Shown in pieces: positions 43,105-55,000 of a stretch of DNA of 64,000 bases. The position numbers and the translations under genes are program-made. The DNA comes from Macrostomum lignano (taxonomy: Eukaryota): the NCBI GenBank assembly GCA_002269645.1, contig NIVC01000087.1, positions 186,001-250,000 on the forward strand, given 5' to 3'. The first letter of the stretch is position 1; each line of letters starts with the position of its first letter. The notes below the pieces were generated by a model. That model did not search any database. It was not told the origin of the DNA and saw only the letters and a program-made list of their open reading frames with translations.

Positions 43105-43711
43105 TCAGCCGAAGTTTGTCCTGAGCAGGCTGCTCACCTGATGTGCGGTTCGCGCCACCAGGGATGCCACTGCCCAGTACAGCGACTGAAACTTAGTGAA
43201 TCGCGGATCCTCGGTCCGCTCCAGCAAAAGCAGATAGGCCTCTATGGTCGTAAGTGGTTCTTCTGCACGCACCATAGTCCTGGCGATGTCTAGCAGCCAC
43301 CGCCAGTCGGCCTGATGCTGAAGCGGCCATGGCCACGTTCTTACGGCGACGGCCAGCTGCTCCAGGGTTAGCGCGTCAGCTCTGGGACAGCGAACATCGG
43401 CGCCAGCAGCACAGACGCTGTGTTGGACAGCGGAGCCAGACACACGGTGCACGTCATGATGTCACGTGCCCCGTACCGCTGAAGGCAGCTGAAACACACC
43501 CAATGCCGATTCGAACAGATTTGTACATTGGGCTGGTCACCGCAGAGGGCGCATTGGACCCGCGGCCTGCGACAGACCGGGCAGGCGGAAAGAATCGTCA
43601 CCTCGCCAATTTCTCCAGCCCGTTCGTCGCAGGGGAAGCACACCATTCACAAGTCGGGAGCATCGGCTCCCGTGCCTCGAGGCAGCAAGGGCAGGTATCC
43701 ATCTCGGCCAT
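43105..43711 (-). pseudogene. Accessory double-RING gene B, frameshifted copy
   Basis: Near-identical to 50607-51239 but split over ORFs 43598-43783, 43368-43646 and 43105-43452. Confidence 0.85.
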
Positions 43712-43789
43712 CTGTGGGCGATAGGTATAGGTATAGTTAGAACGATTGAGGATTATTTGAGATACGTAACAAGCATAAAGCATATGTTT

Positions 43790-44329
43790 TACTGGTGAGA
43801 CCTAAAAAGCCAAATAAAATAGCCTCGTGAGAGAAGTAATCGTTTAAGCGCGTGGCAGTATACGTGTAGCGTCCAGTGAAAGGTTTCATAGTCATGCAAA
43901 AACTGCAGTAAATGTCGTTCAATCTCCAAGGGTGACATATGACGCAAAAATCCTTGATTTCTATGAGCGTATAATCCGACACCATTTCTTAAAAGTGCTT
44001 TCGCGGGGCATACTATTACATAAGGGGCATCCTATAATGCCCCTACTAGCGGTTTGCTTCAAACAGTGCATGCAAATAAAATGTCCGTGGTTACAGTATT
44101 GAAACGTGCGCCAAGAATAACAATAGGCGCATTGTCGCAAACTACCTCTACAGAGGGGACAATTCTGCCATGGCTGAATATAATGAGAATTGCTTAAACA
44201 TTGTCCGCAAACTTTATGGTCATTGATGCAAATAGTCGATGGCTTGACAGCCAAGTCATCAGTTAAACATATCGGGCAGTCATATAGCTGCTGAGGTTGG
44301 GGCGCCTGTTTCGACAGTGCGTTGCCCAT
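43790..44329 (-). pseudogene. Accessory double-RING gene A (MGNALSK), both RINGs intact, C-terminal deletion/frameshift
   Basis: ORF 43961-44341 nearly identical to 51357-51977 over the first ~125 aa. Confidence 0.85.
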
Positions 44330-44470
44330 AATTGTCGTCACTTGTAGTCTTGTAGTCTTAAGTCGCTCGGATTAGTCGCCTCTTACGACAAGCTTGCGAA
44401 GCTGTAGAGCTATTCTGACCCGGTCTCTACACGGGTTTGTTCTCGAAACTGCCACTGCCACTGCCCAGTA

Positions 44471-45031
44471 CTACGGCTGAAACCGTACGAAGCGAGGGTC
44501 CTCCGTCCGCTCCAGCAGCTGCAAGTAGGCGTCGATGGCGGTGAGACCGGGTTGATGTCTCGCCAGGTCTCTAGCTATGTCAAGCAAATGCCGCCACGCC
44601 GTCTGATGCTGGAGCGGCCACGGCCATGACCGCACAGCGATCGCCAGCTGCTCCAAGGTTAGGAGGTCCGGTTCGGTGAGCGACAACTCCGGCACTACCG
44701 CCATAGTAGCCAGCAGCAGTGCCGTGGAATGCATCACCGGCTCCAGACACACGGTGCACGTTTGGATATCTCGTGCACCGTACCTATGGAGACAGCCGGC
44801 ACAGGCCCAGTGCCGACTTGGACAGATTTGGTACTGGGGCTGCTCGCCGCACAATGCACATGTGACCCTCGCCCTGCGACATGTTGGGCACGCCGACAGC
44901 ATGGTGATCTCGCCGGTCAGCTGTCGGGCCGCGGTGTCGCAAGAGAGACACACTTGGTGTCCCCATTCGCATGTCGGGACCGTTTCGTCCCGCGTCTCCA
45001 AGCAGCAGGGGCATGCGTCGTCAGCGTTCAT
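44471..45031 (-). CDS. Diverged accessory double-RING gene B' (186 aa, C-terminally truncated)
   Basis: All 16 putative zinc ligands conserved relative to gene B; CCCACAG directly before the ATG. Confidence 0.8.
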   Translation of the reverse strand: MNADDACPCCLETRDETVPTCEWGHQVCLSCDTAARQLTGEITMLSACPTCRRARVTCALCGEQPQYQICPSRHWACAGCLHRYGARDIQTCTVCLEPVMHSTALLLATMAVVPELSLTEPDLLTLEQLAIAVRSWPWPLQHQTAWRHLLDIARDLARHQPGLTAIDAYLQLLERTEDPRFVRFQP

Positions 45032-45099
45032 CTGTGGGTTGTAGGGTCATGATTTATTAGTACATCCTTCATAGTGCTTGCATTTGTGCGTAACAGAGC

Positions 45100-45761
45100 T
45101 CATTGTGGAAACCGTAGAAGCCATATGAAGTAATTGCGTGATAAAATAAGCTGTTTTAACGCATGACAATAAATATGCAGTGTCCAATGATAGGCGTTAT
45201 GGGCTTGTAAAGTATTTTGCAAATGCCGTGCTATCTCGAGGGGTAGCATATGTCGTAATATGCCCGGATGATTATGTGCGTAAAGAATCAATTCGTAGCG
45301 CGAGCGCTGAGCACAACGGGGTACTGGCCAAAACTCCAGCAACCGTTCTATACTCATGGCTGTCAGGGTATGAATATTATATACAGATAAACAGCGTGAT
45401 ACGTCCGGCTTTATGCGACACCACTTCTTGAAAGTGCTGTCCGTCGGCATGGTGTTACAGACAGGGCACCCTATGATGCCTCTGCTAGCGGTGCGTTTCA
45501 AGCACTGCATGCAGATAAAATGATTGTGACGACAGTATTGAAAGGTGCGCCATGAGTAACAATAGGCGCACTGCGTCAGACTACTCCTACATAGGGGGTA
45601 GAGTTGCCAAGATTGAATATAATGCGCGTCACGTAAGCATGTTCCACAGATGCGATGATTATTTATACAAATGGTTGGTGGCTTTATCCACAAATCTTCT
45701 TCCAGACAGACAGGGCATGTTGCTGTACTTGGGGCGCCTGCTTGGACAGTGCGTTGCCCAT
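45100..45761 (-). CDS. Diverged accessory double-RING gene A' (MGNALSK start at 45761; one frameshift near 45715)
   Basis: ORF 45100-45693 gives both RINGs and the full C-terminus; the upstream frame gives MGNALSKQAPQVQQ, and CPVCLEEDLWIKPP follows after the shift. Confidence 0.75.
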
Positions 45762-45849
45762 TGTCGGCGTTGCTTGAAGTTGAAGTCGCTCAGATTAGTC
45801 GCCTCTTACGACAAGCTTGCGAAGCTGTAGAGCTATTCTGACCCGGTCT

Positions 45850-46125
45850 CTACACGGGTTTTGTCTTTTTTTGTAGCTTAACGAGGTCGCAGATTTTAGC
45901 CGTGTGGCTGGCTCTCGTTCGCCGTTTGAGTCTCCTCGTTCTTCGTTGCGATGTGGCGGTTCGTTGAACGTGTGCGATCAGCGTTGTTGCGTGGTTGCGT
46001 GACGAACTTTTGAATGGACGTCGGGACTTCCACATATTGCGATGGCAGTAGTTGCTGTGCCAATAGGTTTGGTGGCTGGAAGTCTCGTCCAAACATTAGA
46101 AAGAATGGCGTATTGTCCGTTCGTT
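45850..46125 (-). pseudogene. Deleted integrase C-terminal fragment of family A
   Basis: Matches 52090-52220 and 52500-52620 (MFGRDFQPPNLLAQQLLPSQYVEVPTSIQKFVTQ joined to NADRTRSTNRHIATK). Confidence 0.85.
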
Positions 46126-47260
46126 AGCAATAGCGTTTGCAAGTTGTTGAATTGTCTCGTCCGTGTCTGTTAGAATGGGACTAGGTGCTGGCGAGTGTGT
46201 ACGGTTTTGTTCAAAATGATCCGCAAGAGGGTTGTTAAGCTCAACGTTATCTGGTACAAATAGATTAGGAACTGGTGAACTATTTCGTGGAGGCTGTTCG
46301 CCTACTTGACGGTCAGAAATTTCTAAATTTTGTTCAGGAGGTCTGTTAAGATTTGAGCTTTGGAATACTGGTCCGGAACGTAAATCTCGGACAGGTGTGG
46401 TCATCAACAAGAATTCGATCAATAATTTCAAGACAACGATATCACAAAAATGTAGTGGATAGTGGGATAAAGCAAGTGTGTCAAATTCAATGTGAGCAAA
46501 CGGCAGTGGCTTTCAGGGTTGCGGTTGGCGTATTGGCTGGGGAAGGGAGAGAAAGAGAGACTGTGATTTTTGAACTGTGGTCTGCACCGAGCTTTGAAAA
46601 TCGGAGTAATTTTGAATTGAACTGCCTTTTTGATCGGTTCTGAAACTTTTATTGAAACTGAATTTGATAAAGGAGCTCCTGAATGTTGGACTAGACGGAC
46701 ATCAGTGGTGGCCAATAAAATCGAATTTGTATCATTGAAATCGGCAGTTTTCTTCTGAGAATTTGGCAGTTTTCTTTTGAAAATTTGTTCTGGCTTTTAA
46801 ATTCCGAATTTAAATTTTGAATTTCTGACGAGTTTCAGCTACGGGTTGATTTCACAATTATAAGCAAGCGTAGAGTATTGTTTTTTGTAATTTTGTAAAT
46901 TTGCTATTTTAAATTTTTGAAATTTTATAATTTTTTATTGATCGGACTGATCATTTTGCAAATTTAACATGTAAATAGCACTACGGATTATACAAAAGAA
47001 ATGAGAAGCAGATGCATTGTTTTTTGTATTTTCAAGTTTTGTTATTTTTTGCGATCTAATGATCATTTTGAGTTTGTCGCAGGCTACGAAAATACTATGT
47101 GAATAGGCTAGCATAGATGAAGCGAAGAAGAATAAATGGAGACGTGCTTTTTGAGGTTTTGAATTTTATAATTTTTGTCGATCAAATGAACATTTTCAAA
47201 ATAGTGTTTACACAATGCAGCTGAGAAGGTAACAGAAAGTGAGTTGGAAATGAAACTGTG
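46126..47260 (-). mobile_element. Probable 5' leader and gag N-terminus of a related LTR element
   Basis: A-rich leader on the minus strand, then ATG at 46404: MTTPVRDLRSG...; fused to the integrase fragment. Confidence 0.4.
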
Positions 47261-47337
47261 CTCAAAAGACAATGAGAGAGTATAGTATATTTACAGGGCC
47301 CGAGGGGGTTTGGTGCTGAGGCCATAGAAATTGCGGC

Positions 47338-48292
47338 TTAGGGGGAGGGAATAAGGTAATTAAGGCGACCACCGTATGCGGAGGCAATCCAAGCGTCGGA
47401 CCAGCCAGCGGTAGTCGCGGGGTGAACCGTTTTCCGCGACACGAGTGATTTGCCTTCGAGATTGGGGCAAGGGGAATCGCTGACGTCAAAACAGGGGTCG
47501 TCGACGAACTCAGGGTGACCAACAATGTGTTCCCGATGAAACCGGGGAAGGGTGAGGAAGTAGGCTTCAATGGCCTGACCCCTAGGACTGCCGCGATGGC
47601 GCGTCCAGAAGTGCGACCAGAAGTGGTGGCGGAGTTGGTGTGAGGCAAGGTTAAACAGGCTCGAGGGTGAGTCGGAAACGGGGGAAACAAAGCTCTGGAG
47701 CAATTGGTCGTAGCGTTCACACTCCGAGTCATTAATTTTGTGACAGTATATTTGGCGGAGATATTTGTAGGTAAGAGGACCGGCGGTGTGAAAATCGACG
47801 CAACGCAGAGTGCGGAAGAGTACCTCGAAGTACTGGCGTTGAATGGCTAATTCGACGATTACGGACTTAAAGGCTCCTCGCAGGGGTGGGATATGGAGGC
47901 CCTCGAGGTGGAATAGCATATTCTATCTGCCCCGAAGTGGTCGACCAGAAGTGGTGGCGGAGTTGGTGTGAGGCAAGGTTAAACAGGCTCGAGGGTGAGT
48001 CGGAAACGGGGGGAACAAAGCTCTGGAGCAATTGATCATATCGTTCACATTCCATGTCATCGAGTTTGTTACGGTACACTCGGCGGAGATATTCGTAGTT
48101 GAGAGGATTGGCGGTGTGGAAATTGACACAACGCAGTGTGCGGAAGAGCACCTCGAACTCCTGGCGGTGGATGGCTAGCTCGACGATAGCAGACTTAAAG
48201 GTTCCTCGCAGGGGTGGGGTATGGAGGCCCTCGAGGTGGAATAGAATATTGTCTATCTGTCCCGGGATGTAGCATTGGCAGCTGTAGGAATC
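47338..48292 (-). CDS. 3' part of orphan ORF C, containing a diverged ~330-bp internal duplication
   Basis: ORFs 47867-48151 and 47338-47919 repeat FHLEGLH.PPLRG.FKS.IVELAI...HQLRHHFWS. Confidence 0.6.
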
Positions 48293-48296
48293 GTGG

Positions 48297-49166
48297 TGAT
48301 GTGTTCCTTATTACCCGACTTTCGATAATCAAGGAACAATCACTTCTAGCTCAATAGCTAGGCAACCCAGTAAGTCAATTAAAGGTACTTCTTACCTTGA
48401 CGTCGCTTGCAGATATCTCTTCTGTAGTCTTCGAGTAGATCTCGCTTGGATCTCTATGTGATCTCGTAGATCAGGCGCCTTGATTCTTCAGTTGCTCTGG
48501 TCCTGGTTCCTCTTGTACTTCCGATAAGTTCCTCCGGCCGGTATCTTCAGTCAGGACCAATCAGAGGCCTCGTATTAACAATGGGTACCCTGCGCCGAAC
48601 TGCAGTTTGAATTAAGCCTCCTTCTTTTAGTAGTGCCTCGATGCACTCTAGGTATAGCTTCGGAAACCACTGATAGTCCTCTAAGATCTATCAGGGGCAG
48701 TCCTTCTGGAGACTGCAACCAATGGAGTCTAAACAGACTCAAGAGTCTCAACAGACTCAAATAGACTCAAGTCTCAATAGACTTGAGCGAGACGTCTCTA
48801 ACACAACGGGCGCAAATAAGGAAGGCTTACCGCGACGACTCGACCGAGTCTCGATTGACTTGGTATATCAGGAAGTCCTCCTAAGGCTTCCTCTTCGGAG
48901 CTTCTCCTCTCGTCGGGAGTTGGCTCCTGGTCCGCTTCGGACCGCTTGTATTTATAGGCAAGTTTTTGGTCCGGAATAGTATCATGACAATCCACGTGTT
49001 GCGCTAAAAGGGGAAATGGCTCATTGCGTATCATTTTGGTAACATCTTCTTCTGGTAGCGCAATTCATTCAAAGCTTAGGCGCGCATGCGTGCACTTACT
49101 TACTTGTAGTAGCATTATACGATTATCTTCTTTTAACCTTTTTAACGGGAGGTAGAACACTCTACA
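48297..49166 (-). repeat. Family-A 3' LTR (outer)
   Basis: Near-identical to 56340-57209. Confidence 0.95.
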
Positions 49167-49510
49167 AAATCTCCCTTTTTTACGAAAAAACTCGTCCCGA
49201 GTTTTAACAATGAAACAAGAAAATCGGTTGAGTAAATTTTTGTTCACCTTATACGTAAGACTATTTATATTTTTACTCGTAGCGTAATTGCACGTTAATA
49301 AGGGTTAGTACTGTTAAGTCTTTGTACAGTTCCTTGGCCGTTACATCGGGAATACCTGTCGTCCTCGCGTTGCTGCCGAGGCATTCAGCCGAAGCTTGTC
49401 CTGAGCAGGCTGCTCACCTGATGTGCGGTTCGCGCCACCAGCGATGCCACTGCCCAGTACAGCGACTGAAACTTAGTGAATCGCGGATCCTCGGTCCGCT
49501 CCAGCAAAAG

Positions 49511-50363
49511 TGATGTTTTCCTTATTACCTGACTTTCGATAATCAAGGAACAATCACTTCTAGCTCAGCAGCTAGGCAACCCAGTAACTCAACAGAAGGT
49601 ATTCAATTACCTTGAGTCCTTTGGAGATCTCTCGGAGTAGTTCTCGATTTGCTTTAGTTGCAGGTGTAGTCACTTCTGACTTTCGTTTGTAGATCGGGTC
49701 CGATTCTTCTTTCTTCTTCAAATAGTTCCGGCCGGATTCTGTCGCTCGGACCAATGGGAAGCTTCCGAATTAACAATGGGATCCCTGCGCCGAACTGCGG
49801 TCTAAATTAAGCCTCCTTCTTCTAGCAGTGCCTCTATGCACTCTAGGTATAGCTTCGGAAACCACTGATAGTCCTCTAAGATCTATCAGGGGCAGTCCTT
49901 CTGGAGACTGCAACCAATGGAGTCTAAACAGACTCAAGAGTCTCAACAGACTCAAATAGACTCAAGTCTCAATAGACTTGAGCGAGACGTCTCTAACACA
50001 ACGGCGCAAATAAGGAAGGCTTACCGCGACGACTCGACCGAGTCTCGATTGACTTGGTATATCAGGAAGTCCTCCTAAGGCTTCCTCTTCGGAGCGCTCC
50101 TCTTCCGTGGGGAGAATGGCTCCGGTACCGCTTCAGATCGCTTGTATTTATAGGCAACTTTTTGTTCCAAAATAGCATCATTACAATTCTTGTGTTGCGC
50201 TAAAAGGGGAAAATGGCTCATGGCGTATTATTCTGGTAACATCTTTTTCTGGTAGCGTGATTCATTCAAAGCTTAGGCGCACATGCGTGTACTTACTTAC
50301 TTGTAGTAGCATTATACGATTATCTTCTTTTTTTTGTTTTTGCGGGAGGCAGAACACTCTACA
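49511..50363 (-). repeat. Family-A 3' LTR (inner), positioned inside a remnant of gene B
   Basis: The left flank 49340-49510 is the 3' end of gene B; a PPT lies on its upstream side. Confidence 0.92.
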
Positions 50364-50606
50364 AAATCTCCTTTTTTTACGAAAAAAACTCGTCCCGAGT
50401 TTTAACAATGAAATAAAAATCTTGGGTAATTGAATTATTCCACACTTTAACTTTAAATTGGTTACATAATTCTCTTTATTAACATATATGCACGTAATAT
50501 ACATTGTGTGTTAATAAAGGTTAGTGGTGTTGAGTCCGCGCTCAGTTAAAGTTAATCATATCTTCTGCCGGGGATACCTGCTGTCCTCGCGCTGCTGCCG
50601 AGGCAT

Positions 50607-51239
50607 TCAGCCGAAGCTTGTCCTGAGCAGGCTGCTCACCTGATGTGCGGTTCGCGCCACCAGGGATGCCACTGCCCAGTACAGCGACTGAAACTTAGTG
50701 AATCGCGGATCCTCGGTCCGCTCCAGCAAAAGCAGATAGGCCTCTATGGTCGTAAGCGGTTCTGCTGTACGCACCATAGTCCTGGCGATGTCTAGCAGCC
50801 ACCGCCAGTCGGCCTGATGCTGAAGCGGCCATGGCCACGTTCGTACGGCGACGGCCAGCTGTTCCAGGGTTAGCTCATCCGGCTCCGCCAGCGTCAGCTC
50901 CGGTACGGCGAGCATCGGCGCCAGTAGTACGGATGCTGTGTTGGACAGCGGAGCCAGGCACACGGTGCACGTCATGATGTCTCGTGCACCGTACCGCTGA
51001 AGACAGCTGAAACACACCCAATGCCGATTTGAACAGAGTCGTACATTGGGCTGGTCGCCGCAAAGGGCACATTGGACCCGCGGTCTGCGACAGACGGGGC
51101 AGGCGGTAAGGATCGTCACGTCGCCAATTTCTCGCGCCCGCCCGTCGCAGGGGAAGCACTCCTGGTGCCCCCATTCACAAGTCGGGAGCATCGGCTCCCG
51201 TGCCTCGAGGCAGCAGGGGCAGGTATCCATCTCGGTCAT
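50607..51239 (-). CDS. Accessory gene B: tandem double RING-finger protein with helical C-terminus (210 aa, intact)
   Basis: RING1 C-x2-C-x10-C-x3-H-x2-C-x2-C-x15-C-x2-C; 6-aa linker; RING2 C-x2-C-x8-C-x3-H-x2-C-x2-C-x11-C-x2-C. Confidence 0.88.
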   Translation of the reverse strand: MTEMDTCPCCLEAREPMLPTCEWGHQECFPCDGRAREIGDVTILTACPVCRRPRVQCALCGDQPNVRLCSNRHWVCFSCLQRYGARDIMTCTVCLAPLSNTASVLLAPMLAVPELTLAEPDELTLEQLAVAVRTWPWPLQHQADWRWLLDIARTMVRTAEPLTTIEAYLLLLERTEDPRFTKFQSLYWAVASLVARTAHQVSSLLRTSFG

Positions 51240-51309
51240 CTGTGGGCGATAGGTATAGGTATAGTTAGAACGATTGAGGATTATTCAAGATACGTAACAA
51301 GCATATGTT

Positions 51310-51965
51310 CTATCGGTGAGACCTAAAAAGCCAAATAAAATAGCTACGTGAGAGCACTAATCGTTTAAGCGCGTGGCAGTATACGTGTAGCGTCCAGTGA
51401 AATGATTCATGGTCATGCAAAAACTGCCGCAACTGTCGCTCAATCTCCAAGGGTGACATATGACGCAAAAATCCTTGATTTCTATGAGCGTATAAGAGTA
51501 GCTCGTCGCGACCGCTGAACGAAGCGAGGTACTGGCCAAAACTTCGATACTCATAGCGGTTAAGGTGTGCATAATGTAAACGGATAAACAACGCGCTGGG
51601 TCAGGTATAATACGACACCATTTCTTAAAAGTGTTTTCGCGGGGCATACTGTTACATAAGGGGCATCCTATAATGCCCCTACTAGCGGTTTGCTTCAAAC
51701 AGTGCATGCAAATAAAATGTTGATGGTTACAATATTGAAACGTGCGCCAAGAATAACAATAGGCGCATTGTCGCAAACTATCTCTACAGAGGGGACAATT
51801 CTGCCATGGCTGAATATAGTGTGAATCACTTAAACATTGTCCGCAAACTTTATGTCCATTGATGCAAATAGTCGGTGGCTTGACAGCCAAGTCATCAGTT
51901 AAACATATCGGGCAGTCATATAGCTGCTGAGGCTGGGGCGCCTGTTTTGACAGTGCGTTGCCCAT
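51310..51965 (-). CDS. Accessory gene A: putative N-myristoylated tandem double RING-finger protein (frameshift near 51535)
   Basis: MGNALSK; RING1 C-x2-C-x12-C-x3-H-x2-C-x2-C-x12-C-x2-C; 6-aa linker; RING2 with the same spacing as in gene B. The C-terminus continues in ORF 51310-51591, matching A'. Confidence 0.85.
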
Positions 51966-52085
51966 AATTGTCGTCAATTTGTCGCTGTCTTTGTGTCGCT
52001 CGGATTAGTCGCCTTTTACGACAAGCTTGCGAAGCTGTAGTGCTATTCTTTATCCCGGTCACTACACGGGGTTGTTCTCGAAACT

Positions 52086-55000
52086 CTAGCGTGGTCGTAG
52101 GTTGTAGCCATGTGGCTGGCTCACATCTGTCGTTTGAGTCTCCTCGTGCTTCGTCGCGATGTGGCGGTTCGTTGATCGCGTGCGATTAGCGTTGTCTAGT
52201 GTCGGTAGAAACGTCGCTGTGTCAGTGTTGATCTTCTTTAGTCGATGAATGTGTACGTAGAACTGGTGCTGATGTGGATCTTGTACATTAGCCAGGCGTG
52301 CCGTTGTCGGTGACGTTAGTTGGACCACTCGATGGGGTCCTTTATACTTCTGTGCATGTTTATGCGTCTGCTGCGGCGGGTAGTGTAGGTAAACGATGTC
52401 GCCGGCCGTCAGGGTTGTCGATCTCGCGTCGTTGCCGGTGGTCAGAGCCACCTGGTTGTCAATGTTGTGCTTAGCGATCTTCCATGCGAGGTGTAGTTGC
52501 GTGACGAATTTCTGAATGGAAGTCGGTACTTCCACGTACTGCGATGGTAGCAATTGCTGTGCGAGCAGATTCGGCGGTTGGAAGTCTCGTCCAAACATTA
52601 GGAAGAATGGCGTATTGTCCGTTGATCGATGAATAGCGCTGTTGTAGGCCATTGTTACAGATTGCAGGTAGATGATCCAGTCTTCCGGCTGTTGGTGCGC
52701 GAAATGTGTAATCATGTCGTGCAGGTTGCGGTGAAACCGTTCAACCATGTTTGCCTTCGGATTGTAGGTCGATGTGTAGATCTGCGTAATGTTGAGAATC
52801 CTTACGACTTGCTGAAACAGTTGCGATGTAAACTGCGATCCGTTGTCCGATGTGAGGTTCTTCGGCGTGCCGTACTTGCAAATGATTTCGTTGAAGAAAC
52901 TCATTGCCACTGTCTGAGCTGTGATGTCCGGTATCGGTATGGCGATAGCAAACTTCGAGAAGATATCCAAGGCGGTTAGAATGTAGGTGTAGGCGATGCC
53001 CTGGAGACAGCTCGGTGGCAGTGGTCCGGTGATGTCGATGCTTAGACAGTCCATTGTAGTCGACTTCGGAATGGACTGTAGCTGCGGTTTCTGTCGTCGT
53101 CCTGTCTTTGATGCAGCACATGAATGGCAGTTGTTGCAATACTGCTTGATGTCGCCATACATAGTTGGCCAAAAGTAGTATTGTTCCACTCTCGCGATGG
53201 TCTTTGCGGCCGACAGGTGTCCAGCTAGTGGGTTGTCGTGCAGCTCGTTGAGAATTGCTTGCCGAAACGAATATGTTACGTAGATCTTAGGTTTATTGTC
53301 GCTCATCCAGTAGAGCCGTGACTTATTGATTGTTAGGTGTTGTCGTTGCTTGCGTAGGAATTTTCGTTCCATGGGACTGAGTTTGATGTTCTTGTCGTCG
53401 TCTTTAACCGCTTGGTAGAAGTTGTCGCGCTCGGTTTCATCCACCAACTCCTTGATGTTAGGGATTGGATGAATGGCGTTGACTTCATAGGCTCTTGACA
53501 GGGCGTCCGCGGCTTTGTTGGTAATTCCTGGTTTGTAGACGAGTTTGTAGTTGTAATCCTGGATCTTGAGTGTCATCCTGATGAGTCGGTTGTTGGTCTG
53601 TAGTGTAATCTTCTTTGGTTTCGTCTGGTTTGTCTTGAAGTAGCTGCATTTGATGTCGGTTGGTATCTTGTAGATCATCGGTTGGATATGCGCATCCGTT
53701 GGACAAATCATTGGCTTTTCCGTTGCCGTTGCTTTGGCGACTACTGCTATCAGTAGTATCACGATGATCCAGTATAGCCAGTTTTTCCACTTTTTGGACC
53801 TTGCCGTTGTCTTTGCTGGCATTGGCCGCGATCGCCATTCGTTATCTTCCATGTCCGCATCATATCCTTCCGGTTGTTCCATTGGCTGTTTCAGGCGGAA
53901 GGCTTCTGATTCGCTTTGCTTTTTGGTTATTTCAGTATCTTCGTCTGCAGCTTCTTCCGATGTTTCTGTTGTTTCACTCCATTGCGTTTGGTATCTTTTC
54001 TCTGTCTTGTAGTCGACCGTTTGAATATAGGCTTCACCATTTCGTTTGTATCGGATCTCGTAGCATTCGTCGCTGTCGGAACTCGGCTTTTCTTTTATCT
54101 GTTCTTCTTCCATTTCTTCATCTTTCCATTGTATTTCGTAGCCTTGATCGCTGTCGGAGCTTAGATTTTCCGCTCCCAGTTCTTCCTGCATTCCTTCTTC
54201 GGCTCGGTATCCGCTCGTGTCATCATGCACCTCGCAGTCGTGATCGTTGCCGTAACTTATACATTCTTCTTCTTCCTTCATTTCTTTGTCTTTCGTGCTT
54301 GTTTTGTCGTCATCCACTGTTGTCGATTCATAGTTGTTTTCTCTGCCAGTCTTCATCTTTTCTTCGTTGCCGGTGTCGCTCTCCGCCTCCTCCCTTTTCT
54401 TGTGATTTACTTTCTTCCTGTTTTCTCTGCTGTCTCCGGTGGTCTCTTTTAATTTGATCATTTCGGTTTCATTCGTCTCTTCTGTCTTGTCAGTGTTGTC
54501 CTCGTGCGTTGTCTTTTTTTCGATCAGGCTGATGTCAAGTTCCGGGACTGTGAAGTCCATTTCCAAGTCGTCAATTGTGAACACTTGCTGTTCCTGCTGC
54601 TCATTTTCCGGTGTGTACGTGATGGCATTCGCGTATCGTGGCATTGCTTGCGTCGGCTGTCTTTGTGTGTACCTGACGTTGCGTGGCCTGTAGCCATTAT
54701 TTCTGAAGCGGCCTTCGTTTCCGAAGCGGCCATCATTTCCGGAGCGGTCATTATTTCCGAAGCGTCTATCATTTCCGAGGCGTCTCATGCCTTGTTGTTG
54801 GCGATTTTGATACTGCTGCCATGGTTTCTGCGGCTTCTGATTGTTGAATATCTGTCGCGGCTTGTCGTATCTTGTTGACCAATGAGGACAATTAATCTGA
54901 TAATGTCCTTCTTGTCCGCAGTAGTAACATCTGGCTGAGGCTTGTTCATTTCGTCTTTTTTGTTCGGCGATAGCAGCTGTCTGGTGCTGCATTAATTTGT

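Noticed and set aside
48575-48760. Recurrent 61-aa ORF (SLLRLLSLFRLHWLQSPEG...) in most family-A LTRs
   Set aside because: TTG start, recurrence explained by LTR identity, and the frame has stops in the diverged LTR at 60022-60681.
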